From Butyrivibrio sp. (lineage in GTDB: Bacteria > Bacillota > Clostridia > Lachnospirales > Lachnospiraceae): a stretch of 64,000 bases of DNA. The notes beneath the pieces are model-generated. The model was given only the letters and a program-made list of their open reading frames with translations, did not search any database and was not told the origin of the DNA. Below, in pieces: positions 49,378 through 58,919 of the stretch; within the stretch, counting starts at the first letter, position 1, and each line of letters starts with the position of its first letter. The stretch lies in assembly GCA_015056625.1 (NCBI GenBank), contig SVFY01000007.1, positions 30,248-94,247 on the forward strand, given 5' to 3'. The translations under genes and the position numbers were made by a program.

Positions 49378-51872
49378 AAAAGAACACAGGAAAATTTAGA
49401 ACGCTAAGGTTAGTGCAACATGTACTGGCTGCGATAATAGCTTTTGCTATAGCTTATACACTGGCTGGCTCAAGCATAATGATAAGCGGGATAAATGGCT
49501 ACCAGTCCTACAATCTTTACGAATCTGACAAATCAAGAGATTATGAATCGTCTTATCTTTTCAATAATATTCTTGGAAATAATGTCTCTGACGTATTAAG
49601 GCACGTAGCTATAAGAACCCAGCTTGAAACCGCAGGAGAGTACGATGATAAAAAGATGATAGATGTAACAGCCTATGTCAACAGAGGCGCTACGCTTTCA
49701 GGCGATTACATTACAGCGGTTTACTACTTATCAGATCTTCTTAAATGGGCTCAGAGCGGCTTCAACTATGAGACCAAGATGTTTAGCAGTGAACAGAGTG
49801 CTAATTTCCTTAGTGCTTCAACAACTTATACGCATCTTAAGAATAATGGCTTCTCAGGTGGGATGAATTCCTATCTTAATTCACAGATCGATGGAAACAG
49901 TATCACTTTTGCTATTTCTGGAAATTCCGTTCCTTCTGATGGTGAACACACATGCCTCATTAACAGATATCAGACAGCAGATGGCAAGAACATTGAGGAT
50001 ATTGTTTCCACCTGGGAAGAATATAATCTCTTGTGTTCTTATGTGGAAGAGGCTGCAAAAGATCTTTTGGCCAACTACGAAGAGTACAACAACACCTTAT
50101 CTTACTATGACTACTTAAATAGCAATCTCAGGTATTTTGTTACAAGGACCATAAATGGTAAAACAAGTGTATTTACAAATGTTCCTGAACTATCCGGGGA
50201 AACCACTGGGAAAGATCTGAATGCTATTTTTGAAAACTATGGAAAGTATATCTACTACTGCCCATATGAGATCAATTATGATACCAATACACTGATAAAG
50301 GAAAGCGTATTAAGGTCAATTGTAAAAACTTACAGCTATGCATATCCTGATCAGATCAAGATCTATATCGGTGTTGATACAATGCACTATCCGGTAGTAG
50401 ACAGCTTTACCTATGGAAAGGTAAACTTTGCCAAGTACATGCCGTACAAGTCGCAGCTCTATGTTATTGGTATCATTGCTGCACTTGCGTATCTTGTTTT
50501 CATGGTGATCTACTTAAGCTTTCAGAAGAAAGAGCTTGTGCTTGAAGTGGCAGATACTAAGGAGAAAGGGGCAAAAGATAGCAGCCCGTCAAAAGGCCTG
50601 CAGACTGAGGTGATTGCTATTATTGGAATCCTTGTTATGGTAATTCCTGTATTAGCGCTTTATGCTTTTTACCTGATCACCGATAAAAATGATCTTTTGT
50701 CAAACACGTTCTTTCCATATATCTGTGCAGTGATAGGATTTATAGCAAGCTGCGGCTTTTTGTACATGGTTTATAACCTGGCTAAAAAGGCAGTTAAAAA
50801 GCTTCTTTGGAAGGATAGTGTGCTTAGATCACTTATAATTGGCACCAGGAACCTCATTGTAAATACCACTGATAATGCAAATGTCATTATCAGAAGCTGG
50901 ATACCATATCTGTTCTTTGTTGCATTTAATATTGTGCTGTTCAGGTTTGGTATACCTGGAATACTGCTTGCAGCGTTTTTTGATATTCTTGTTGGTATTT
51001 ACAGATACAGGCAGAACCTTGACAGAGACAAGATAATAACAGTTATCGAGAACATTAAAAATGGAAATGTTAAGGATAAGGTTACAGCAACCAATCTTCA
51101 TTCTGACAACATAAGGCTTGCCGAGGCTGTCAACTCCATCGGAGAGGGAATAGACAGGGCAGTAAATACCAGCATGAAGGATGAAAAGCTAAAGGCTGAC
51201 CTTATTACAAATGTCTCACATGATATCAAGACTCCACTTACTTCCATAATCAATTATGTTGATCTTCTAAAGCGTGAAGATATTGGTAATGCAAGGGCAA
51301 AAGAGTACATAGATATCCTTGATGTTAAGAGCCAGAAGCTTAAGCAGCTCACAGAAGATCTTGTTGAAGCTTCCAAGATAAGCTCTGGTAATATAAGCAT
51401 AGAGCTTTCAAAGATCAATTTTGTTGAGCTTGTAAATCAGACAATTGGTGAGTTTTATGAAAAGCTTGAAAAGAACTCTCTTTCAGTTATCTTTAAGCCC
51501 CAGCAGCAGGATATGATGATCATGGCTGATGCAAGACATCTTTGGAGAGTCATAGAAAATCTCCTTAACAATGTCTGCAAGTACGCTCTTAGTGGAACCA
51601 GAGTATATCTTGATATGATTTATGAAAAGAGTGAAGATGATAAAGATAAGGTTGTGTTCTCAATAAAGAACATATCCGCATCGGAGCTTAATATTGATGC
51701 TGCTGAACTCACTGAAAGATTTATCAGAGGAGACGTATCAAGAACCACAGAAGGCAGCGGACTTGGACTTTCAATCGCCAAGAACCTTACAAATGCCCAG
51801 GGCGGTGATTTCGAGATAAGGCTGGATGGAGACCTGTTCAAGGTGGTCATTGGATTTGATGCTGCACAATAA
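49374..51872 (+). CDS. Sensor histidine kinase with a large extracytoplasmic domain
   Basis: N-terminal TM, about 320-aa outer domain, further TMs, SHDIKTPLT H-box, ENLLNN, GSGLGLSI. Confidence 0.93.
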   Translation: MKKNTGKFRTLRLVQHVLAAIIAFAIAYTLAGSSIMISGINGYQSYNLYESDKSRDYESSYLFNNILGNNVSDVLRHVAIRTQLETAGEYDDKKMIDVTAYVNRGATLSGDYITAVYYLSDLLKWAQSGFNYETKMFSSEQSANFLSASTTYTHLKNNGFSGGMNSYLNSQIDGNSITFAISGNSVPSDGEHTCLINRYQTADGKNIEDIVSTWEEYNLLCSYVEEAAKDLLANYEEYNNTLSYYDYLNSNLRYFVTRTINGKTSVFTNVPELSGETTGKDLNAIFENYGKYIYYCPYEINYDTNTLIKESVLRSIVKTYSYAYPDQIKIYIGVDTMHYPVVDSFTYGKVNFAKYMPYKSQLYVIGIIAALAYLVFMVIYLSFQKKELVLEVADTKEKGAKDSSPSKGLQTEVIAIIGILVMVIPVLALYAFYLITDKNDLLSNTFFPYICAVIGFIASCGFLYMVYNLAKKAVKKLLWKDSVLRSLIIGTRNLIVNTTDNANVIIRSWIPYLFFVAFNIVLFRFGIPGILLAAFFDILVGIYRYRQNLDRDKIITVIENIKNGNVKDKVTATNLHSDNIRLAEAVNSIGEGIDRAVNTSMKDEKLKADLITNVSHDIKTPLTSIINYVDLLKREDIGNARAKEYIDILDVKSQKLKQLTEDLVEASKISSGNISIELSKINFVELVNQTIGEFYEKLEKNSLSVIFKPQQQDMMIMADARHLWRVIENLLNNVCKYALSGTRVYLDMIYEKSEDDKDKVVFSIKNISASELNIDAAELTERFIRGDVSRTTEGSGLGLSIAKNLTNAQGGDFEIRLDGDLFKVVIGFDAAQ

Positions 51873-51885
51873 TTTCAGGTAATAA

Positions 51886-51916
51886 AAGACCCCTTAGGAA
51901 AGTTCTAAGGGGTCTT
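51886..51916. terminator. Terminator between the convergent kinase and prs genes
   Basis: AAGACCCCTTAG/CTAAGGGGTCTT stem. Confidence 0.75.
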
Positions 51917-51931
51917 GTCATATTCAAAAAA

Positions 51932-53128
51932 TCATTCGTAAAGCTCTGGTGCAATAAGACCGTTATTATATTTTTCAACGATCTCATGGATCTTCTCAGT
52001 GGGCATGTTAACTGTGGACATTGATGCATCATGATTAAGGAAATCGATGATGGTAGCAAGGAACTTGCCCATATCTGCGATAAATATATATTCTCTTGAT
52101 TTGATCTCATCGTTCATATATGTGAGATTAGTGGTTATTACTGCATCGAAGTACTTGTTTTCATATCCTTCGTCAAATCTCTTCATACCATCGGTGAAAA
52201 GACCAAATGTTGTGCATATGAATACTCTTTTTGCTCCCATGTTCTTGAGCTGCTTTGCTGTATCGATCATAGAAGAGCCGGAGGAGATCATATCGTCGAT
52301 TACGATAACATCTCTGCCGTGAATATCTGAACCAAGGAATTCGTGAGCAACAATAGGGTTAGTACCATTGACAATATGCGCATAGTCACGTCTTTTGTAG
52401 AACATTCCAGTGTCTGCGCCGATAACATTGGCAAAATATACAGCTCTGTCCAAAGCGCCCTCGTCCGGGCTGATAACAGTAAGATGATCCTTATCAACTG
52501 TAAGGTCGTCTATTCGGGATAACAAAGCCTTCATAAACTGGTAGGATGCGAGGAAATTGTCGAAACCACCAAGAGGCTTGGCATTTGATATCCTTGGATC
52601 ATGGGCATCAAAAGTGATAAAGTTTGAAATACCCATGTCATGGAGTTCTTTGAACATCTGTGCTGCGTCAAGAGATTCCATACCGCTTCTTTTGTGCTGT
52701 CTTCCTTCATAAAGGAAGGGCATGATAACATTTATTCTTTTAGCCTTTCCAGTTATGGCGCCAATTACTCTTTTAAGATCCTGATAATGGTCATCTGGAG
52801 ATTTGTGGTTAACATAGTCATACATTTTGTAGGTGATGCTGTAGTTGCAGACATCAGTCAAGATGTATACGTCATTACCACGAACGCTTTCATTTATGGT
52901 TGCCTTGGCTTCTCCGCTTCCAAAACGGTCAAGAGAATAGTCAATCTTGTATGTGCCCTTGACATAACCGTGAAAAGCGGGATCTGATTCAGGCATCTGA
53001 TAGAGATTGTGCCTGAACTCGGCGATGTATTTATCAACGCTTTCGCCAAGGGATCTGGCAGATTCCATTACTATAAGATTAAGTGGTGCTACTGGGATTA
53101 AGCTTTCTAATTGATGAAAATCAGGCAT
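51932..53128 (-). CDS. prs: Ribose-phosphate pyrophosphokinase (long clostridial type, 398 aa)
   Basis: RFGSGE, ESVRG, PFLYEGRQ, DAHD, SPDEG, KRR, IDDMISSGSS; start assigned to ATG 53128. Confidence 0.88.
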   Translation of the reverse strand: MPDFHQLESLIPVAPLNLIVMESARSLGESVDKYIAEFRHNLYQMPESDPAFHGYVKGTYKIDYSLDRFGSGEAKATINESVRGNDVYILTDVCNYSITYKMYDYVNHKSPDDHYQDLKRVIGAITGKAKRINVIMPFLYEGRQHKRSGMESLDAAQMFKELHDMGISNFITFDAHDPRISNAKPLGGFDNFLASYQFMKALLSRIDDLTVDKDHLTVISPDEGALDRAVYFANVIGADTGMFYKRRDYAHIVNGTNPIVAHEFLGSDIHGRDVIVIDDMISSGSSMIDTAKQLKNMGAKRVFICTTFGLFTDGMKRFDEGYENKYFDAVITTNLTYMNDEIKSREYIFIADMGKFLATIIDFLNHDASMSTVNMPTEKIHEIVEKYNNGLIAPELYE

Positions 53129-53191
53129 TTTTGCCCCTTTCTTAAGAAAATTTCGAGTGGTCAACCATTATCATATATATCACCTGTTGTG

Positions 53192-53220
53192 CTGACACGT
53201 CAAGGAATTTCATGTATAAT
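53192..53220 (+). promoter_or_regulatory. Probable promoter of the DUF512-der-plsY-gpsA operon
   Basis: CTGACA-N17-TATAAT. Confidence 0.55.
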
Positions 53221-53264
53221 ATCAAATGGATTATTATTGACCTGACGTATGATAGGATACAGCT

Positions 53265-54611
53265 ATGAACAAGAATAAAAGCCACATCATTGGCGCCATA
53301 GAAAAAGGAAGTATCGCTGAGGAACTTGGCATCGAACCTGGTGATGAGCTTATTTCAATAAATAATGAAAAGATCACTGATATTTTTGATTATCAGTTCC
53401 TTTCTCACGATGAGCACCTTGATGTCCTTATAAAGAAACCTGACGGAGAAGAGTGGCTCCTTGATGTAGACAAGGATTTTGATGAGGACCTTGGAATAGA
53501 ATTTGAAAATGGACTTATGGATGACTACAGGTCCTGCAGCAATAAATGTATCTTTTGCTTTATTGATCAGATGCCTAAGGGCATGAGAGAAACGTTGTAT
53601 TTTAAGGATGACGACAGCAGGCTGTCTTTTCTGCAGGGTAACTATGTGACTCTTACCAATATGTCAGACGCAGATATAGACAGGATACTTAAGTATCATC
53701 TATCCCCTATAAATGTTTCTTTTCAAACAACTAACCCTGAGCTTAGATGCAAGATGCTGGGAAACAGATTCGCAGGTGAAGCACTTAAGAAGGTGGACAG
53801 GCTCTGCAGCAAGGAGTCCGGAATTGAGCTTAACGGACAGATAGTTCTATGTAAGGGTGTAAACGACGGCCCAGAGCTTGAAAGATCCATAAGGGATCTG
53901 ACAAAGTACATTCCAAATCTTCAGAGTGTATCTGTTGTCCCTGTAGGTCTATCAAGGTACAGAGACGGCCTTTATCCTCTTGAACCTTTTAATAGTGAAG
54001 ACGCCTGTGAAGTCATAGATCTTATTGAATCCTGGCAGAAAAAGATATTTAATGAGCATGGGATCCATTTTATCCACGCCAGTGATGAGTGGTATTTCCT
54101 TGCTGGAAGAGAATTCCCTGAAGCTGAAAGGTATGATGGATACATTCAGCTGGAAAATGGCGTTGGCATGATGAGACTTCTCATCAATGAGTTTGATGAT
54201 GGCTTTGAAGATATGCTAAAAGGTCACAAGGCTGAAATTAAAAAAACAGAGCGCCATATTTCTGTGGCCACTGGAAGGCTTGTTTATCCCTGCATCAAGG
54301 CTATGGCAGAAAAAGCCATGGGTGTTTGTCCTGGACTTAAAATAGAGGTTTATGAGATAATAAACGAGTTTTTTGGTGAGAAGATCACAGTCTCTGGTCT
54401 TTTGACAGGTCAGGACATCATAAAGCAGCTAAAGGGTAAGGACCTTGGCAATGAACTTTTTTTACCGATAAATCTTTTGCGGAGCGGTGAAGATTATCTT
54501 CTTGATGATGTCAGGATATGTGACATTGAGAAAGAGCTTGATATCAAAGTAGGAATAAGCAGTGGCGATGGCTACGGACTTGTTTCTGATTTCTTTGGAA
54601 TAGAATTCTAA
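53265..54611 (+). CDS. PDZ plus radical-SAM-like DUF512 protein
   Basis: GSIAEELGIEPGD PDZ-like start, CSNKCIFC, KDDDSRLSFL.GNY.TLTN, QLENGVG. Confidence 0.85.
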   Translation: MNKNKSHIIGAIEKGSIAEELGIEPGDELISINNEKITDIFDYQFLSHDEHLDVLIKKPDGEEWLLDVDKDFDEDLGIEFENGLMDDYRSCSNKCIFCFIDQMPKGMRETLYFKDDDSRLSFLQGNYVTLTNMSDADIDRILKYHLSPINVSFQTTNPELRCKMLGNRFAGEALKKVDRLCSKESGIELNGQIVLCKGVNDGPELERSIRDLTKYIPNLQSVSVVPVGLSRYRDGLYPLEPFNSEDACEVIDLIESWQKKIFNEHGIHFIHASDEWYFLAGREFPEAERYDGYIQLENGVGMMRLLINEFDDGFEDMLKGHKAEIKKTERHISVATGRLVYPCIKAMAEKAMGVCPGLKIEVYEIINEFFGEKITVSGLLTGQDIIKQLKGKDLGNELFLPINLLRSGEDYLLDDVRICDIEKELDIKVGISSGDGYGLVSDFFGIEF

Positions 54612-54623
54612 AAAGGATAGTTT

Positions 54624-55952
54624 ATGAGCAGAAAAAATATTGTTGCCGTTGTAGGCAGACCAAATGTAGGAAAATCCACATTCTTTAACGCTATGGCTGG
54701 TTCAAGGATCGCTATTGTTGAAGATACTCCGGGTGTTACAAGAGACAGGATATATCAGGACGTAGAGTGGCTTAACCACAGCTTTACTCTTATTGATACA
54801 GGAGGTATTGAGCCTGATTCCAATGATGTTATCCTGTCACAGATGAGAGAGCAAGCCCAGATCGCCATTGATACAGCAGACGTCATCATTTTTATGGTTG
54901 ATGTCAAGCAGGGCCTGGTAGATGCAGATGCCAAGGTTGCTGATATGCTCAGGCGCTCAGGAAAGCCAATTGTTCTTTGTGTCAATAAGGTAGATAATTA
55001 CAGCAGAGATTCTCTTGATGTCTATGAGTTCTACAATCTTGGAATCGGAGAGCCTTTCCCTATATCAGCTGTTAACAAACAGGGACTTGGAGATCTTCTT
55101 GAAGAAGTAGTGAGCCATTTTTCCAAGGATTCAACCGCAGAGGAAGAGGACGATTCAATCAAGGTTGCTATTATCGGTAAGCCAAATGTTGGTAAGAGCT
55201 CAATAATCAACAAACTCATCGGTGAAAACAGACTTATTGTTTCAGATGTTGCTGGAACCACAAGAGATGCCATAGATACTGAGGTTAAGCACAACGGCAA
55301 AAAGTACGTATTTATTGATACAGCAGGACTTCGCAGAAAGAATAAGGTCAAGGATGCCCTTGAGCACTATATGATCGTAAGGACTGTAGGAGCTGTGGAA
55401 AGGGCTGATGTATGTATCCTTGTCATCAATGCTGAAGACGGTGTTACAGAGCAGGATGCCAAGATTGCCGGAATAGCCCATGAAAGTGGAAAGGCTGTGA
55501 TCATTGCAGTTAACAAGTGGGATCTGATCGAAAAAGATAATCATTCAGTAAAGGAGTTTACCAAGGACATCAGAAACACACTGGCGTTTATGAACTACGC
55601 CGAGATCATGTTCATATCTGCTGAGACAGGACAAAGACTTGTTAAGCTCTACGATATGATAGACATTGTCAGTGAAAACCATGCTCTAAGGGTTGCAACC
55701 GGTGTCCTTAATGAGATCATGACCCAGGCAGTTGTTATGCAGCAGCCACCAAGTGACAAGGGCAAGATTCTAAAGCTCTTTTACATTACCCAGGCATCTG
55801 TAAAACCGCCAACATTTGTAATTTTTGTAAACGATAAGAACTTAATGCACTTTAGCTACACCAGATATATTGAAAATCAGATAAGAGAAGCCTTTGGATT
55901 TAAGGGCACTCCGCTTCGATTTATCATCAGGGAGAGAAAAGAGGGAAAGTAG
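54624..55952 (+). CDS. der: Ribosome biogenesis GTPase Der (EngA)
   Basis: Two G domains GRPNVGKS/GKPNVGKS, TRD, DTGG/DTAG, C-terminal KH-like domain. Confidence 0.98.
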   Translation: MSRKNIVAVVGRPNVGKSTFFNAMAGSRIAIVEDTPGVTRDRIYQDVEWLNHSFTLIDTGGIEPDSNDVILSQMREQAQIAIDTADVIIFMVDVKQGLVDADAKVADMLRRSGKPIVLCVNKVDNYSRDSLDVYEFYNLGIGEPFPISAVNKQGLGDLLEEVVSHFSKDSTAEEEDDSIKVAIIGKPNVGKSSIINKLIGENRLIVSDVAGTTRDAIDTEVKHNGKKYVFIDTAGLRRKNKVKDALEHYMIVRTVGAVERADVCILVINAEDGVTEQDAKIAGIAHESGKAVIIAVNKWDLIEKDNHSVKEFTKDIRNTLAFMNYAEIMFISAETGQRLVKLYDMIDIVSENHALRVATGVLNEIMTQAVVMQQPPSDKGKILKLFYITQASVKPPTFVIFVNDKNLMHFSYTRYIENQIREAFGFKGTPLRFIIRERKEGK

Positions 55953-55953
55953 T

Positions 55954-56631
55954 ATGGAAAGAGTAGTTTGTTTACTTATTGGTTATGTGTTTGGTCATCT
56001 TCAGACAGCTGTACTTTACGGTAAACTTAAGGGGGTTGATATCAGAAAGGTAGGAAGCGGAAATGCTGGAACTACCAATACTCTGAGAGTCCTTGGGGCT
56101 AAGGCAGGACTTATAGTTCTTCTTGGAGACATGCTAAAGTGCATGGCTGCCATTTTGATAACATATTTTCTGTTTGGACAGAAAAACCCAAATCTTCAGA
56201 TACTCTATATGACCTACACAGCTGCGGGAGCGATTTTAGGTCACGACTTCCCGCTGCACCTTCATTTCAAGGGCGGTAAGGGCATTGCATGTACTGCAGG
56301 CTATACGATCCATCTTGGGATCGTGTTCCATTGGAGCTTTATCCTGATGGGAGTAATAGCATTTTTCCTGCCACTTAACATCTGCCATATAGTATCAGTT
56401 TGCAGCCTTTGCTACTATACAGCATTGTTTGTAATGGTAATAATCTGTGGACAGGGCGGATTCTTTCTTGATAAATTCGGAGCTGTTCCTCAGGGAGCAC
56501 TCATAGAAGTTTATATCATTCTCGGTCTTCTTACAGCCCTGGCTTATTTCCAGCACAGAGGAAATATCAAAAAGCTTCTTCAGGGAAAAGAGAGAAAGAC
56601 ATATATTTTCAAAAAGAATAAAGTTGACTGA
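55954..56631 (+). CDS. plsY: Glycerol-3-phosphate acyltransferase PlsY
   Basis: GSGNAGTTN.LR, GHDFP, FKGGKG, HRGNI; start assigned to MERVVC. Confidence 0.93.
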   Translation: MERVVCLLIGYVFGHLQTAVLYGKLKGVDIRKVGSGNAGTTNTLRVLGAKAGLIVLLGDMLKCMAAILITYFLFGQKNPNLQILYMTYTAAGAILGHDFPLHLHFKGGKGIACTAGYTIHLGIVFHWSFILMGVIAFFLPLNICHIVSVCSLCYYTALFVMVIICGQGGFFLDKFGAVPQGALIEVYIILGLLTALAYFQHRGNIKKLLQGKERKTYIFKKNKVD

Positions 56632-56646
56632 TCCGGAGGATAAAAA

Positions 56647-57666
56647 TTGCAAAAGAAAATTGGCGTAATTGGTGCAGGCAGCTGGGGAATTGCTCTTGCA
56701 TATCTTTTATCAGGTAATGGTCATGATGTAACAGCCTGGTCAAGAAGCCAGACATCAGTTGATAAGCTCCGTGCTTATCACGGCAATGAGGACAAGCTAC
56801 CAGGTGTAAAGCTTCCTGAGAGTGTACAGTACACCTGCAGCATGGAAGAGGCAGTATCAGGAAAAGACATCCTTGTTTTAGTTGTACCTTCTTCCTGCGT
56901 CAGAGAAACAGTAAAGCTCATGGCACCTTACATCAATGCAGAAAACGATGATCAGATCATCGTCAACTGCACCAAGGGCATTGAAGAATCAACCCTTATG
57001 GTAATGAGCGATGTTATCCTTGATGAGATTCCTGGAGCTAATGTATGTGTGCTTTCAGGACCTTCCCACGCTGAGGAAGTTGGCAAAAACATGCCTACAA
57101 CTATAGTTGTTGGTGCTTTCAGCAGAGATACTGCTGTTGAGGTTCAAAACGTCTTCATGAATGAAGCCTTCAGGGTTTATATAAGCCCTGATATGCTGGG
57201 GATCGAGATTGGAGCAGCCCTTAAAAACGTAGTTGCTCTCGCTGCCGGAATGGCAGATGGCTATGGTCTAGGCGACAATGCCAAGGCGGCGCTTATTACA
57301 AGAGGAATTGCTGAGATATCAAGACTTGGCATGGCGATGGGAGGTAAGTTTGAGACCTTCGCAGGACTTTCAGGAATTGGAGACCTTGTTGTAACCTGTG
57401 CTTCAATGCATTCCAGAAACAGAAGAGCAGGAATCCTTATTGGCCAGGGCAAATCCTATCAGGAAGCCATGGAGGAAGTTAAGATGGTTGTAGAGGGCGT
57501 ATATAGCGCCAAAGCAGCCCTTAAGCTTGCTCAGAAATATGAAGTTGATATGCCAATAGTTCAGGGTGTAAATGAGATCCTTTTTGAAGGCAAGAGTGTT
57601 GGAGACGGCATCAAAGAGCTGATGGTCCGTGAGAGAAGGAACGAAAACAGCCAGGTTGACTGGTAA
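56647..57666 (+). CDS. gpsA: NAD(P)H-dependent glycerol-3-phosphate dehydrogenase
   Basis: GAGSWG, KGIE, SGPSHAEEV, LKNVVA, GDLVVTC.S.HSRN. Confidence 0.97.
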   Translation: MQKKIGVIGAGSWGIALAYLLSGNGHDVTAWSRSQTSVDKLRAYHGNEDKLPGVKLPESVQYTCSMEEAVSGKDILVLVVPSSCVRETVKLMAPYINAENDDQIIVNCTKGIEESTLMVMSDVILDEIPGANVCVLSGPSHAEEVGKNMPTTIVVGAFSRDTAVEVQNVFMNEAFRVYISPDMLGIEIGAALKNVVALAAGMADGYGLGDNAKAALITRGIAEISRLGMAMGGKFETFAGLSGIGDLVVTCASMHSRNRRAGILIGQGKSYQEAMEEVKMVVEGVYSAKAALKLAQKYEVDMPIVQGVNEILFEGKSVGDGIKELMVRERRNENSQVDW

Positions 57667-57677
57667 ATGGCAAAAAT

Positions 57678-57724
57678 AAAAATGTTTACCTCAAGGAATT
57701 TATCCAAAGAGGTAAACATTTTTT
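57678..57724. terminator. Bidirectional terminator between gpsA and folT
   Basis: AAAAATGTTTACCTC/GAGGTAAACATTTTT inverted repeat. Confidence 0.8.
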
Positions 57725-57737
57725 ATTGGTAAAACTA

Positions 57738-58298
57738 TCAGTCAAAGTAAGGTCTTATAACCTTATTTACGATGTTAAGCATCACATACATGATAAAACT
57801 GTCGATTGGAAGCATGATCGCGTTGGAGAGAAGTCGTCCTGGAAGAATTGCTGCAATAGCCTGTCCATAGAGCATGTTAAGCCACAAGGTGTTAAGGATG
57901 ATGTTGCAGACAATCTTAACAACAAGCTGAGACAAAACAACATTAAGAACCTTAACGGGCTTTTTGTAGAGGAAGAATCCGTAAATAATAGCTCCCAGCA
58001 TAGCAGTGATGGTAAAGCCAGGGAAGAAGTTTCCGTCTCCTGATGCAAACCATTTGATTACATCCATTGCTCCGCCAAAGATTGCTCCGATCCATGGACC
58101 AAAGAGATAGTCCACAACCTGGTTTGGAAGTCCAGAAAAACCAATCCTGATGTACTGGCCAACCTTGATGGTAGCGACATAGCCAAGGACTACAGCCAGG
58201 GCGCCCATCATTCCGCAAAAGGTAAGGACCTTTGTTTCCTTAAGTCTTGACAGTGATGAGAGTTGGGATTTACTGGAAATTGTTTGTTCTTTAGACAT
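57738..58298 (-). CDS. folT: Folate ECF transporter S component
   Basis: 186 aa, multi-TM, FGP..GAIFG, FFPGFT, LNTLWL, PGRL; THF riboswitch upstream; true start MSKEQ follows GGAGGTG. Confidence 0.9.
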   Translation of the reverse strand: MSKEQTISSKSQLSSLSRLKETKVLTFCGMMGALAVVLGYVATIKVGQYIRIGFSGLPNQVVDYLFGPWIGAIFGGAMDVIKWFASGDGNFFPGFTITAMLGAIIYGFFLYKKPVKVLNVVLSQLVVKIVCNIILNTLWLNMLYGQAIAAILPGRLLSNAIMLPIDSFIMYVMLNIVNKVIRPYFD

Positions 58299-58364
58299 AA
58301 AAAAGCACCTCCTTTGCAGTATTCTCGTGACCACATCGGAGATGTACATAGTTCGTTCGATGTA

Positions 58365-58460
58365 GCAGCGGGATGCGACATTAAAACCGCGGATAAAATC
58401 CTTCGTCCTGATGACAACTCCCTGTTCACCGGGCACTTAACGCTCTAACGTCTACTCTGC
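58365..58460 (-). ncRNA. Tetrahydrofolate (THF) riboswitch
   Basis: Transcript GCAGAGUAG...GCGUUAAGUG...GGGAGUUG...ACGAAG...GCGG...GCAUCCCGCUGC matches the THF aptamer core; upstream of folT. Confidence 0.92.
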
Positions 58461-58478
58461 ATTTCTTATTTTGAGGTA

Positions 58479-58507
58479 ATGATACAACAGAATAATCTAT
58501 AGGTCAA
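58479..58507 (-). promoter_or_regulatory. Promoter of the THF riboswitch-folT transcript
   Basis: Minus strand TTGACC-N17-TATCAT, just upstream of the aptamer. Confidence 0.7.
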
Positions 58508-58543
58508 AGCTTTTTTAGAATAATTATTTATACTACAAATAAC

Positions 58544-58571
58544 TTGACATAAATTTTCAGAATGTTAAAAT
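58544..58571 (+). promoter_or_regulatory. sigmaA promoter of the tyrS leader
   Basis: TTGACA-N16-TAAAAT with extended TG. Confidence 0.75.
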
Positions 58572-58590
58572 TTCAAAGTAAATACATATC

Positions 58591-58890
58591 AAAGGCTGTG
58601 ACCGGATAAGTAAAAATCGCAATCTGACAACAGAGAATAGCTGGTTGGTGAGAAGCTTATGTTAAGCGCGATGATGAAATACCTCCGTGAGCTGCAGGGA
58701 TGAAACAGCATTTAATGCATTGCAAGTAGTTCCTGACGGGCACTGACCGTTATATCAGGAGAGTATCATTTGAGTCTTATCATTCAAATCGTACTTGTTG
58801 AGGCACATTGCGTGAGTAATGTGTGAATGAAGGTGGTATCACGATTAATTCGTCCTTCGTAATCATTTGATTGCGGAGGATTTTTTATTT
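58591..58890 (+). ncRNA. Tyr T-box riboswitch with terminator
   Basis: AGAGA and GGTGAGA stem I motifs, specifier UAC at 58680-58682, T-box AAGGTGGTATCACG at 58830-58843, terminator TCCTTCGTAATC/GATTGCGGAGGA plus T-run. Confidence 0.93.
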
Positions 58891-58919
58891 CCTTCGCAGA
58901 AGTTTAAGGAGGTGCATTT

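Noticed and set aside
55847-56142. CACTTTAGC and GCTAAAGTG words inside der and plsY
   Set aside because: Isolated half-sites within coding sequence, with no palindromic partner
58299-58436. 46-aa N-terminal extension of the folT ORF and the + strand ORF 58263-58448
   Set aside because: The region is the THF riboswitch and leader; the SD-supported start is at 58298
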